Assembly (NCBI GenBank): GCA_965243395.1
Contig: CBDEUS010000001.1
Coordinates: forward strand, 672,001-736,000
Origin: Gammaproteobacteria bacterium
Lineage (GTDB): Bacteria > Pseudomonadota > Gammaproteobacteria > UBA4575
Direction: 5' to 3'
Length of the DNA: 64,000 bases
Below are positions 29,337 through 38,624 of the stretch, piece after piece. The notes below the pieces were generated by a model. That model ran no database searches, was not told where the DNA came from, and was given only the letters and a program-made list of their open reading frames with translations. A program made the translations under genes and the position numbers. Every line of letters starts with the position of its first letter. Position 1 is the stretch's first letter.

Positions 29337-30158
29337 CTAAGTGCTTATGATGCTGCTGCTATCTAAGTATTTTTTTGCAAAGCCAAGCAGTTCTAGGCTG
29401 TTATTGACGATACAATCGGGTTGATGTGGGTGTTTAGTCGTCCCGGGAAAAATTTTATCTATCCATGCCTGATCCCAACCCGCACCATTATAAAAAATAG
29501 CCGTTACACCTGCTTCTCTGGCAGAGATAATATCCGTTGTACTGTCACCTACGTACCAAGCATGACTGCCGGGTTCAATATTTTGTTCTTCCAATACTTT
29601 AAGAATTAAATCTGGGTGTGGCTTACGATGTTCAACATCGTCGCCACAAACAATTGAATCAAAAAAGTGTGTCCAATCATGGCCATCAACGCATGTGATT
29701 TCATGATCCATAAATTCACGTTTTCGATTTGTTAGAACCGCTAAGTTGATACCCATAGTTTTTAGATCATGAAGAACATGTTCAAAACGCGGCTCAAAGG
29801 CAGTAACTTTACCAAAATGGTTACGATATGCTTTGTCAAATGCTTTGTGTGCAGCTTTTTTAGCTTCTTTATTGTTTCCAAATAAAACTTCAAAAATATC
29901 TGTTCTTGATATCTTTCTTGCTTGTTTTACTTTTGGATGAAGCCTCCGATTTTCTTTAATATATTTTACAAGCTTGGCATCATCAATTGTTTTACTATCT
30001 TCTACATCAATGAGTTGATCAACAAGTCCTAGCTCTTCAAGTCTAGGTAATACATCGTCTATGGCATAATACATGGCGTCGTGCGTATCGACTAAAGTAG
30101 CGTGCCAATCAAAAATAATTATTTTAGGCGCTGCATAGGGTACATCTAGAATACTCAT
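29337..30158 (-). CDS. HAD family hydrolase with atypical motif I (DWHAT)
   Basis: FDWHATLVDT, LTNR, RKPHPD, YVGDSTTDI.SAREAG. Confidence 0.8.
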   Translation of the reverse strand: MSILDVPYAAPKIIIFDWHATLVDTHDAMYYAIDDVLPRLEELGLVDQLIDVEDSKTIDDAKLVKYIKENRRLHPKVKQARKISRTDIFEVLFGNNKEAKKAAHKAFDKAYRNHFGKVTAFEPRFEHVLHDLKTMGINLAVLTNRKREFMDHEITCVDGHDWTHFFDSIVCGDDVEHRKPHPDLILKVLEEQNIEPGSHAWYVGDSTTDIISAREAGVTAIFYNGAGWDQAWIDKIFPGTTKHPHQPDCIVNNSLELLGFAKKYLDSSSIIST

Positions 30159-30544
30159 TTGCTTTTATTTTTATGTACATAAATCTGAAGTATCAAAGTA
30201 ACAATGCAGTAACCTAGTGTAATGAAAAGTCCAAGGAATTCCCGAGCTTCTTCAATATAGAGTTTATCGTCATCCATAGCGGAAAAGATTTCAGTATAGT
30301 TATCGTTTGTTAGCAAATTATTTAAGCCTGGTATTACACCAATGAGTAAATAAATGTTCAATATAATCACTATAGTAGCCCAAGCCACACAACAAGGAAT
30401 GCAAAATTCTTTATAAGCAATAAAAGCTAGTATAGCTGTAGCAAGGTAAATGACTAACCATATGGGCGCATCAACGTCATTCCATTGCAACGCTGCAAAA
30501 ATTAACATCACATAAAAAAATAACAGATGAATTTTCTTCATCAT
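30155..30544 (-). CDS. Transmembrane 220 (TMEM220) family protein
   Basis: ALQWNDVD..IW..IY and EEAREFLGL motifs. Confidence 0.8.
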   Translation of the reverse strand: MMKKIHLLFFYVMLIFAALQWNDVDAPIWLVIYLATAILAFIAYKEFCIPCCVAWATIVIILNIYLLIGVIPGLNNLLTNDNYTEIFSAMDDDKLYIEEAREFLGLFITLGYCIVTLILQIYVHKNKSK

Positions 30545-30568
30545 TGGGTTGTTAGAAAATAATCGATA

Positions 30569-30590
30569 AGTATTCTCGGCTGAGAATACT
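30569..30590 (-). terminator. Hairpin after the mepK-like gene (possible terminator or stabiliser)
   Basis: AGTATTCTC-GGCT-GAGAATACT 9-bp inverted repeat 11 nt past the stop; weak U-tract. Confidence 0.4.
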
Positions 30591-30601
30591 AGGTATGCAA
30601 G

Positions 30602-31177
30602 CTACCAGCTGCGAGGTCTTCCTATATCTATGTGGATAAAGTTACTCTGAGCATAGTAACCGACTCCACCGGCTTGTAGTGATTTTGCTGCATCACGTAG
30701 ATGTTTTAAATCTATATCTGGTACCCGTATATCAATGGCTTTTCCTTGCATATGTAGACTACGCTTGGCTACGCCATTGCCTTGTTTGCGTAATTTTTCA
30801 TTGGTTTTTGGGGATCGGTAAGCGGAAATAATATGAAACGGGCTATTAGAGTTACTCTTTTGATGCAGCACATATAATAAATCTAAAAGATCGATATGCA
30901 TTTTATATTGTTCGTCAGCACGATGATCTCTAAGTACATAATTAATGTCGTTTAACGCACTGGAATCATATTTGCCATTTACCCAATAGCAGCTTTGTAA
31001 CGATTCGCCTGTATGTAAGTTAAGAAATTCTAAAGTTCTTTCTGTAGAAAAATTAGTGTTCGCATGAACAAAATGAGAAAAGCTGCTCGTAAGCGCTAAT
31101 GCAGCAGCAGAAGAGCGTTTTAAAAATTTACGGCGCGAAATGCGATTTGAATGTATAGATTCGTGTGCGTGACCCAC
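30602..31177 (-). CDS. mepK: YcbK/MepK (DUF882, peptidase M15) murein endopeptidase
   Basis: Tat signal SRRKFLK; ISAYRSPKTN, S.HMQGKAID, GGVGYY..SNFIHID.G..RSW; downstream of ldtD as in enterobacteria. Confidence 0.88.
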   Translation of the reverse strand: MGHAHESIHSNRISRRKFLKRSSAAALALTSSFSHFVHANTNFSTERTLEFLNLHTGESLQSCYWVNGKYDSSALNDINYVLRDHRADEQYKMHIDLLDLLYVLHQKSNSNSPFHIISAYRSPKTNEKLRKQGNGVAKRSLHMQGKAIDIRVPDIDLKHLRDAAKSLQAGGVGYYAQSNFIHIDIGRPRSW

Positions 31178-31204
31178 GAAAAACCCTTGTAATTATGCAA
31201 AAAA

Positions 31205-32893
31205 TTATTCAGAGGCATTATACAAGTTGCTGGCAAAATGGCTATCTTGTTTGTAGATGTCTGGTCGAAAATTAAGGATACCCTGATTGTCTACCCATGC
31301 AGTTAAATAGGTGATATGAATAGGAATAGCTTTGTCTAGCTTAAAGACTTTAGTTTTTTTACGGTTTGCAAAGTAATAAAGGTCATCTTTTGTCCAAGTC
31401 TCGCTATTGGATAATAAAACTTCCGCAAATTCTATTGGGTTTTCTACGCGTACACACCCATGACTAAAAGCTCGTGAGGTGCGAGAAAACAATCTACGTG
31501 AAGGCGTGTCATGCAAATAAACTTTATAGTTATTAGGAAATACAAACTTAACACGACCCAAAGCATTTTTTTCGCCAGGATTTTGTCGGATACGTAAAGG
31601 GGCTTTACTAACATCAACGTTATTCCAATCAATCGTTTCAGGGTCAAGAAAATAATTTTTGCTATTAACACGAGAAATAACTCGCATGTTATTTTTTTCT
31701 AGATATTCAGGGTCTTTTAGTTGTTTTGGAATAATTTCATCTCTAGTGATTGATTTGGGAATATTCCAATAAGGATTTAGTACAAATTCAGAAATTTCAG
31801 ATGATAATACAGGGGTCTTATTCTTTTTCTTGCCAACGATTACACGCGTTTCATAGACTGTTTTACCTTTCTCTATTACATATAATTTATATTCAGGAAC
31901 GTTAACTAAAATATAACGTTCATCTTGTAGTTCAGATAATTTCCTGGCTCTATCAAGATTGAGTTCAATTTGAGTGGCACGACTTTGCGACGACTTGTTA
32001 ATTTCACGGACGGTTCTTTTTCCTAAGATACCATCAACCTCTAAACCATGACGATATTGAAAAGCGCTGATTGCTAAAGCTAATTCTTCATCAAATATGT
32101 CATTATATAAATCGTTATCTTTATAATCACCGAACTCAAAAAGTCGTTTTCGCGCTTTGATAACTTCAAATGATACGTCTCCAATAGTAAGAGACCTTTT
32201 TTGCAAGATGATTGGTTCAAAATCATCATTTAATGAGCGATATTTCTCTAAAGCATTGAGTAGTCTTGAATAAGGGTTTCTATCAATTGGAAAGCTTTTC
32301 AGTGTAGTTTCTAACTCATTTTTTTGGTTATTTTCATTTAAAGTATTCGATAAAAATACTTCGTCATCAAGCAAGGCAAAATTACTTTGCAAACTATAAC
32401 TACTACTGAATTGTTCATTTGTAATATGACTGGCAAGCTTAAGATATGCGTGAGTAAAGGTAACATCTGATTTACTAAGAATGACTGGATCTGATTGAGT
32501 GACTTCCAGGAAATACTTGAGCACATCAATATCGTAATCGGCAGGATTTAAGCCTAATTTGCGTATATTTTGTATTACGCGATACAAATTATGTGCTCTA
32601 TTGTTATATTGTATTCCATCGCTCCAAATTAAATTATATTGTCTTGATTCGTAGAGCTTTGAAACTTCATTAATCAAAGGTAATGAAGAGTTCTTTAGAA
32701 CAGATTTAAGATTTAAGGTGTTATCGCTTTCTGCAATATATTCAGACTGATTAAGATTATTTGCGATTACATTTTGACTAAATAAAATAGAAATCAGCAA
32801 TACAAAGATGCATGCGAAACTACTTATACAGTAATAATATCCATTAAATGCTTTTTCGATAAGCATGTCGACTCTCTCCTTATTTTGATTCAC
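31205..32893 (-). CDS. ldtD: L,D-transpeptidase YcbB/LdtD
   Basis: Peptidoglycan-binding FQYRHGLEVDGILG, VNVP, NPYWNIP, NALGRVKF.FPN, YLHDTP, SHGCVRV. Confidence 0.9.
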   Translation of the reverse strand: MNQNKERVDMLIEKAFNGYYYCISSFACIFVLLISILFSQNVIANNLNQSEYIAESDNTLNLKSVLKNSSLPLINEVSKLYESRQYNLIWSDGIQYNNRAHNLYRVIQNIRKLGLNPADYDIDVLKYFLEVTQSDPVILSKSDVTFTHAYLKLASHITNEQFSSSYSLQSNFALLDDEVFLSNTLNENNQKNELETTLKSFPIDRNPYSRLLNALEKYRSLNDDFEPIILQKRSLTIGDVSFEVIKARKRLFEFGDYKDNDLYNDIFDEELALAISAFQYRHGLEVDGILGKRTVREINKSSQSRATQIELNLDRARKLSELQDERYILVNVPEYKLYVIEKGKTVYETRVIVGKKKNKTPVLSSEISEFVLNPYWNIPKSITRDEIIPKQLKDPEYLEKNNMRVISRVNSKNYFLDPETIDWNNVDVSKAPLRIRQNPGEKNALGRVKFVFPNNYKVYLHDTPSRRLFSRTSRAFSHGCVRVENPIEFAEVLLSNSETWTKDDLYYFANRKKTKVFKLDKAIPIHITYLTAWVDNQGILNFRPDIYKQDSHFASNLYNASE

Positions 32894-33173
32894 TTTCCAT
32901 GTGAATCATTTGATTACTGTAGGGTATTAATCCGTAGGCTTCTTTGTGGTAAGTCACGACTATGGCAAAAATACCTTTGAAATGATTGAAGTTGCTTCAA
33001 AACCTATTTAAAACAGCAGGTTTTCAATAAGTTATTAATAGTCTTGATGTAGATACTTAGAGCTAAGTATTTATGGGCGCATGGCAATTAAAAACGGTTT
33101 TGCTGAGCTATTGCTATAACCATTTCTTTTCAGGTGCTATATTGGATAACAACACGGATGAATTGAACCCCCT

Positions 33174-34550
33174 ATGAGCATACAAATTTTTAACACGCTT
33201 TCGCGCAAAAAAGAGGAGTTTGTGCCTGGTGATCCCCAAAGGGTCACGATGTATGTGTGCGGACCAACGGTTTATAGTCATCCTCATATAGGGAACGCGC
33301 GTCCGGCAGTGGTGTTCGATACTTTTTTTAGATTGCTTAAACACGAATTCCCAAATGTTGTATACACACGCAACATTACAGATGTAGACGATAAAATTAA
33401 TGCGGCAGCGCTAAGTGAAGATACATCTATCGATACTATTAGCGAACGTTATACAAATATTTATCATCAAGACATGAGTGCTTTGGGTGTTTTGCCACCA
33501 ACCATTGAGCCGCGTGTCACTGAACATATGCCACAAATCATCGATATGATTCAGCGCTTGATAAAAAGCGGACATGCATATGAAGCCGAAGGGCATGTTC
33601 TCTTTAATGTGCCTTCTTATTCAGAATACGGAAAACTTTCAGGGCGAAATCAAAAAGAGATGATTGCTGGCGCTCGTGTTGAAGTGGCTCCATTCAAAAA
33701 AGACCCCGCAGATTTCGTTTTATGGAAACCATCGACTCAAGATCAGCCTTCATGGGACAGTCCTTGGGGCGGAGGTCGGCCGGGCTGGCATATCGAATGT
33801 TCCACAATGATTGAGAAACATCTGGGCAACACCATCGATATACATGGTGGAGGGCAAGACCTGGTATTTCCTCATCATGAAAATGAAAGAGCACAAACTA
33901 CATGTGTTCATGGTGGAGAATTATTTTGCCGTTATTGGATTCACAATGGTTTTGTAAATGTTAATCACGAAAAAATGTCTAAATCCATTGGTAATATCTT
34001 ATTAGTAAAAGACTTGCTCAGCCAGGCTCCAGGTGAAGCTATACGAGCTACATTATTAAGTACTCATTATAGGAGCCCATTGGATTGGACGGATGATGCA
34101 TTGCATCAGTCATCTAGAAATCTCGATAAACTTTACGGTGCATTGCAAGAGTTACAAGATTTGCAAGTAAGTGTTTCAAATGAAGATGTTCCTGAAGAGT
34201 TTATCAATGCACTAAAAGACGATTTAAATACTCCTGCTGCATTTGCAATACTTCACAAGCTAGCAAAACAAGCAAATAGTGAAAAAGAAGTTGAAAAAAG
34301 AAAGCAAATTAAAAAACAACTATTGGCGGCGGGGAATATGCTTGGTGTTTTACAGCAGCAACCGGAAGACTGGTTTCGTGGGATAGGGGATGTTGACGAA
34401 ACGGAAATAGAAAAACTATTAGTGGAAAGAGCAAAGGCTAAAAAGGAGAAAAACTTCCAACTAGCTGATGATATTCGCGACAAATTAACGGCTATGGATA
34501 TTCAAGTGTTAGATCACCCTGATGGTACTTCAACCTGGCGTAAACAGTAA
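33174..34550 (+). CDS. cysS: Cysteine--tRNA ligase
   Basis: MYVCGPTVY, HIGN, GRPGWHIECS, HGGGQDLVFPHHENE, KMSKS. Confidence 0.97.
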   Translation: MSIQIFNTLSRKKEEFVPGDPQRVTMYVCGPTVYSHPHIGNARPAVVFDTFFRLLKHEFPNVVYTRNITDVDDKINAAALSEDTSIDTISERYTNIYHQDMSALGVLPPTIEPRVTEHMPQIIDMIQRLIKSGHAYEAEGHVLFNVPSYSEYGKLSGRNQKEMIAGARVEVAPFKKDPADFVLWKPSTQDQPSWDSPWGGGRPGWHIECSTMIEKHLGNTIDIHGGGQDLVFPHHENERAQTTCVHGGELFCRYWIHNGFVNVNHEKMSKSIGNILLVKDLLSQAPGEAIRATLLSTHYRSPLDWTDDALHQSSRNLDKLYGALQELQDLQVSVSNEDVPEEFINALKDDLNTPAAFAILHKLAKQANSEKEVEKRKQIKKQLLAAGNMLGVLQQQPEDWFRGIGDVDETEIEKLLVERAKAKKEKNFQLADDIRDKLTAMDIQVLDHPDGTSTWRKQ

Positions 34551-34588
34551 TTGTTTCAAATGAACTTAATTATAAAGAGGTCTTTTAA

Positions 34589-34861
34589 GTGAGGGGATTT
34601 GTACCACCCGATCCAGAAGGGGGAGTCTCAGAAATACAATATGCAGTGGTATATTCTCCCAAGCACAGTAAAGAAAATGAAAAGCAATCCAAACGAAATA
34701 ATAAACGCTTTTCAGCCAATTGCATCGAAATAAAAGCAAGTGAAGAAGAAGTTAGAGCAGATGCAGATATACAGAACAATTATTATCCTGCAAAAGTATT
34801 GGGCCCTTCAAAGTCTTCAGAAGGACAGTATATTTATTACTTGGTGGAGTGGCTGGTGTAA
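34589..34861 (+). CDS. Hypothetical protein
   Basis: AGAGG SD before GTG; globular-looking 90 aa ending GPSKSSEGQYIYYLVEWL. Confidence 0.65.
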   Translation: MRGFVPPDPEGGVSEIQYAVVYSPKHSKENEKQSKRNNKRFSANCIEIKASEEEVRADADIQNNYYPAKVLGPSKSSEGQYIYYLVEWLV

Positions 34862-34982
34862 TCTTTAATAAACATATTTATTTTATATCATTAGCATACT
34901 TTATCTGACATATGAAATTTAGTGCAACTACAGGCATGATATTTGGTCATATATGTTGATAGCCAGAATTAGGAGGAGAGCT

Positions 34983-35333
34983 ATGAAATCTATATATAAG
35001 TATACGTTTGTTGTTCCCGCTATTTTCGCTTTAGTTTTAATATCCTTTTCATTTCAAGCAAAAGCTGGTGACGTTAAAATTATTATCGGCGGTCATGGCT
35101 TCGATAGACACCATTACAAACATAATATTGGGTTTAAACGTTACTACAACAAATCACGACATAACTACAGGCATCATTTAGGTTATAAAGATCATTACTA
35201 TCCTAAGCGATACTATAAGAAAAAGTATTACGGAAATTACTATAAGCCTAAGCGTTATTATGGTTATAGCAATGGCTATCGCTATAATAATCGCAACTAC
35301 TATCGAGGCAACCGGAACTATTGTCCTTACTAA
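34983..35333 (+). CDS. Secreted Tyr/Lys/Arg/His-rich low-complexity protein
   Basis: AGGAG SD before ATG 34983; signal peptide ending AKA; mature region dominated by YY/RY/KY repeats; own terminator. Confidence 0.75.
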   Translation: MKSIYKYTFVVPAIFALVLISFSFQAKAGDVKIIIGGHGFDRHHYKHNIGFKRYYNKSRHNYRHHLGYKDHYYPKRYYKKKYYGNYYKPKRYYGYSNGYRYNNRNYYRGNRNYCPY

Positions 35334-35361
35334 TTTTAGTTTAGTTCATACTTGAATCTGG

Positions 35362-35398
35362 AAAATAGGCGCTCATCTTTTTGATTGCGCCTATTTTT
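35362..35398 (+). terminator. Rho-independent terminator
   Basis: AAAATAGGCGC...GCGCCTATTTT 11-bp inverted repeat followed by T-run. Confidence 0.75.
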
Positions 35399-35472
35399 AT
35401 GTGAAGCTATTGCTTCATTATTTTTTGTAAAATTGTGAGGTTTTCATTTTCATAATCGAATAGAATTCACCT

Positions 35473-36477
35473 ATGAGTTCTTCGTCTATTTATATTGAGG
35501 CACCCGCACGATTACACCTAGGGTTTTTAGATCTAGAAGGCGGCCTGGGTAGGCGTTTTGGTAGTGTGGGGCTCACCCTTAATGATATTGCTACAAAAAT
35601 ATTAGTACGGCCTTCTGAACAACTTCGTGTAGTGGGTGATCCATCCGGACGCATACAAAAATATGCAGAAAAATTTATTGCCTATAAAGGATTAGCGTCC
35701 AGCTGCGAAATTGAAGTGGTAGATCAAATTTTAGAGCATTCTGGCTTGGGTTCAGGTACGCAGCTAGCTATTGCTGTGGGTAGCGCCGTTTCCAAGCTCT
35801 ATCAACTGGAATGTTCGACCGCTGAGATCGCCGTTTCACTGCATCGTGGCGCCCGATCAGGTATCGGTATTGCTGCCTTTGATTATGGTGGCTTTTTAGT
35901 GGATGGAGGGAGAAATCCGGATAGTCAGGTTCCACCCATAATTTCACGTGTCGAATTCCCCTCTAACTGGCGTGTGATTCTGGTATTAGATCTTGCTCAA
36001 CGTGGCATTCATGGCCAAGATGAACATGCATCATTTGCCAATTTGCCGTCATTTTCTGCTCAAAATGCAGCTGATCTTTGCCGCATGGTGATGATGCAAA
36101 TTTTACCTGCGATTAAAGAACAGAATATTGATGTATTTAATCAAGGTATATATGAATTACAAAAATGTATCGGCGAATATTTCGCTTCAGCACAGGGAGG
36201 ACGTTATACTAGCGCGTCGGTAGCAGAGGCCAATGCATATCTGGAGTCATTGGGTATCAAAGGAGTAGGGCAAAGCTCTTGGGGGCCAACTGGGTTTGCA
36301 TTTGTAGATAGCGAAACACATGCTCATACTCTGTTACGAAAATTACAAGCTAAGTTTGAAAATAATAAAGATCTTACTTTTAAGATTGTTTCAGGAAGAA
36401 ATACTGGGGCGCTGATTGAAGAAAGGGAGTCAGAGCAGCATCAATCTGTTTCTTTGCCTAGATCAAATAGATCTTAA
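35473..36477 (+). CDS. mptG: Beta-ribofuranosylaminobenzene 5'-phosphate synthase (Orf4)
   Basis: PARLHLGFLDL, HSGLGSGTQL, RGARSGIG..AF..GGF.VDGG, GQSSWGPTGF; first gene of the H4MPT cluster. Confidence 0.92.
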   Translation: MSSSSIYIEAPARLHLGFLDLEGGLGRRFGSVGLTLNDIATKILVRPSEQLRVVGDPSGRIQKYAEKFIAYKGLASSCEIEVVDQILEHSGLGSGTQLAIAVGSAVSKLYQLECSTAEIAVSLHRGARSGIGIAAFDYGGFLVDGGRNPDSQVPPIISRVEFPSNWRVILVLDLAQRGIHGQDEHASFANLPSFSAQNAADLCRMVMMQILPAIKEQNIDVFNQGIYELQKCIGEYFASAQGGRYTSASVAEANAYLESLGIKGVGQSSWGPTGFAFVDSETHAHTLLRKLQAKFENNKDLTFKIVSGRNTGALIEERESEQHQSVSLPRSNRS

Positions 36478-36575
36478 CTGAATTCAAACAATAAAAGATT
36501 TTGCACAAGCATAGCTATGCTGCGCAAAAAATTTAATTAATTTTGTTATTCAAAAAAATAAGAAGAGAGTAAAAA

Positions 36576-37472
36576 ATGGGAAAGCCTTATATCCTTCATA
36601 TGATTACCCCTGCTAAAAATCTTAGCCCGTTTGATGTCAATATGGCATTGGATGCGGGCTGGGATAATGCTATCGGTTATACCAATGTTGAAAAAGATGA
36701 AGTGCAAGCATTAGTACAAGACGCAATTTTTTCACGTGGTCCTTCTGGCGCAAAACGTTCCGGCTTATTTTTAGGTGGTCGTGATATGCATATGGCGATG
36801 GATATGATGGAAATCGTACAAGAATCGATGGTACCGCCATTTCAGGTTTCTTGCTTTGCTGACCCAAGTGGTGCATTTACTACAGCTGCTGGAATGGTGG
36901 CAAGTGTTGAGCATGCACTTAATGAAAAACACGACACAGATTTAAAAGATAAAACCGTAATTGTAATGGGTGGCACAGGTCCTGTTGGTTCCACAGCTGC
37001 GGTGTTGGCGGCTAAAGCTGGGGCTGAAGTCAGTATTCTTGGGCGTAAAAAAGATAAATCACAACGTGTTGCGGCAATGTGCACAGAATATGGTGCTGAC
37101 CTTACAGGTATCAAAGGTGAAGCCAACGACATGATTGATGGTATTGTTCAGATGGCAGATGTTGTATTGGCTTGTGCAGCAGCGGGAGTACAAGTTATCA
37201 ATGAAGATCATATTAAATCTGCAGATAACTTAAAAGTTGCGGCGGATGTGAATGCTGTTCCTCCTTCCGGAATTTATGGTTTAGATTTAATGGGAGCATG
37301 TGAACCGATTAAAGGCTCTAAAAATGCTTTTGGTATTGGTGCGTTAGCAATAGGTAATGTTAAATACCAAACCCAACATAGAATGCTGCAAGAAATGCAC
37401 GATAGAGATGAACCTATCTATCTTCACTTTGAGCGCGCATTTGAAATTGCGCGTGAAGTCGTAAAAGAATAA
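36576..37472 (+). CDS. mtdB: NAD(P)-dependent methylene-H4MPT dehydrogenase
   Basis: ILHMITP..N.SPFDVNMA.DAG, QDAIFSRGP, ADPSGAFTTAA, GGTGPVG, DVNAVPP, GALAIGNVKY. Confidence 0.92.
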   Translation: MGKPYILHMITPAKNLSPFDVNMALDAGWDNAIGYTNVEKDEVQALVQDAIFSRGPSGAKRSGLFLGGRDMHMAMDMMEIVQESMVPPFQVSCFADPSGAFTTAAGMVASVEHALNEKHDTDLKDKTVIVMGGTGPVGSTAAVLAAKAGAEVSILGRKKDKSQRVAAMCTEYGADLTGIKGEANDMIDGIVQMADVVLACAAAGVQVINEDHIKSADNLKVAADVNAVPPSGIYGLDLMGACEPIKGSKNAFGIGALAIGNVKYQTQHRMLQEMHDRDEPIYLHFERAFEIAREVVKE

Positions 37473-37502
37473 TTCTCTTTAAGATTTTTGTAGGCTGTTT
37501 AT

Positions 37503-38597
37503 ATTTATTTAGTTATTGCTTCCTCGGGTCGCGCAATCGCACAAGGACTTAAGGCGCTTGATCTATCTTGTGCCTTGATTGGCGGATTCGCTGATATTGA
37601 TACACAAGCTGCTACTACTGCCTACAAGCAAGTAAAACGTGCTGAATTTGGGCTTGATACGCAAGAAGTATTAGAGGCAGCTAACGCCCTTATCCAAAAA
37701 TATACATTTGATGGCTTGTTATATGGGACTGCAATTGAATCCTGTCCAAGCTTGTTAGAAAAAATAATTAGCTTTCCTGTGGTTGGAAATTCGAGCGAAA
37801 CTCTTCAGAGTTGTAACAACCCACAAACATTTTTCCCAACTTTAGATCGATATTCTATTCCTTATCCTGAAATTAGTTTTGAATTTGATAATTCTGTACC
37901 GCTCGATTGGTTGATTAAACATCAATCTTCGAATGGTGGAATAGGGGTTCGATTATTAGAAAATACAAGTGAATTATTACCTGATCACTATTTGCAGAAA
38001 AAAATAACAGGAATAAATTTTTCAATTACTTTTCTTGCCAATGAAAAAGATATTTTCGTTCTAGGATTTAATACTTTGTGGAATGAAAATTTAGGGGAGG
38101 ATATTCCATATGCTTATGCAGGTTCCATTAATCAGGTTGATTTAAGTGAAAATGTTTTAGAACTTGCTAAGCAATACGCACAAACTATTACTCAAGAGTT
38201 TGGATTAGTTGGCTTGAATAGCATCGATTTCATTTGTGATGATAATTCAGTCTATGTGTTAGAAGTAAATCCACGTATTCCTGCCACCTATGAGTTATAT
38301 GAAACAAAATACGGCAATCTGTTGAGTGAGCATATAGATGCTTGTAAGCATAAAAATTTACCTACAGGCAAAAAACCTTATTTATTACGTGCTCATGCTA
38401 TCGTATATGCGCATTCAGAAATTACCATTCCCAGGAAAATGTCTTGGCCATTATGGACTGCCGATCGCCCACAAGCAGGGGAGGTGATTTCACAATATGA
38501 GCCAATATGCAGTGTATTTTCAGGAGGAAAAAATAGCGCTCAAGTGCGTGACATGATAAAAACACGCAAGCAATTTATTATCAATAAACTTATCTAA
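37503..38597 (+). CDS. OrfY ATP-grasp protein of H4MPT/methylofuran clusters
   Basis: ATP-grasp motifs (WLIKH..SNGGIG, GLNSIDF, LEVNPR); lies between mtdB and mch; frame open from 37494 and the SSGRAIAQ segment precedes TTG 37575, so the start is uncertain. Confidence 0.8.
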   Translation: MYLVIASSGRAIAQGLKALDLSCALIGGFADIDTQAATTAYKQVKRAEFGLDTQEVLEAANALIQKYTFDGLLYGTAIESCPSLLEKIISFPVVGNSSETLQSCNNPQTFFPTLDRYSIPYPEISFEFDNSVPLDWLIKHQSSNGGIGVRLLENTSELLPDHYLQKKITGINFSITFLANEKDIFVLGFNTLWNENLGEDIPYAYAGSINQVDLSENVLELAKQYAQTITQEFGLVGLNSIDFICDDNSVYVLEVNPRIPATYELYETKYGNLLSEHIDACKHKNLPTGKKPYLLRAHAIVYAHSEITIPRKMSWPLWTADRPQAGEVISQYEPICSVFSGGKNSAQVRDMIKTRKQFIINKLI

Positions 38598-38624
38598 ATA
38601 ATAATATTAAAAAAGGAACACTCG

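Noticed and set aside
34931-34948. Sigma-54-like promoter (AGGCATGATATTTGGT) before the Tyr-rich gene
   Set aside because: The -12 element reads GG rather than GC; a similar TGGCAT near 4589 also lacks the -12 element
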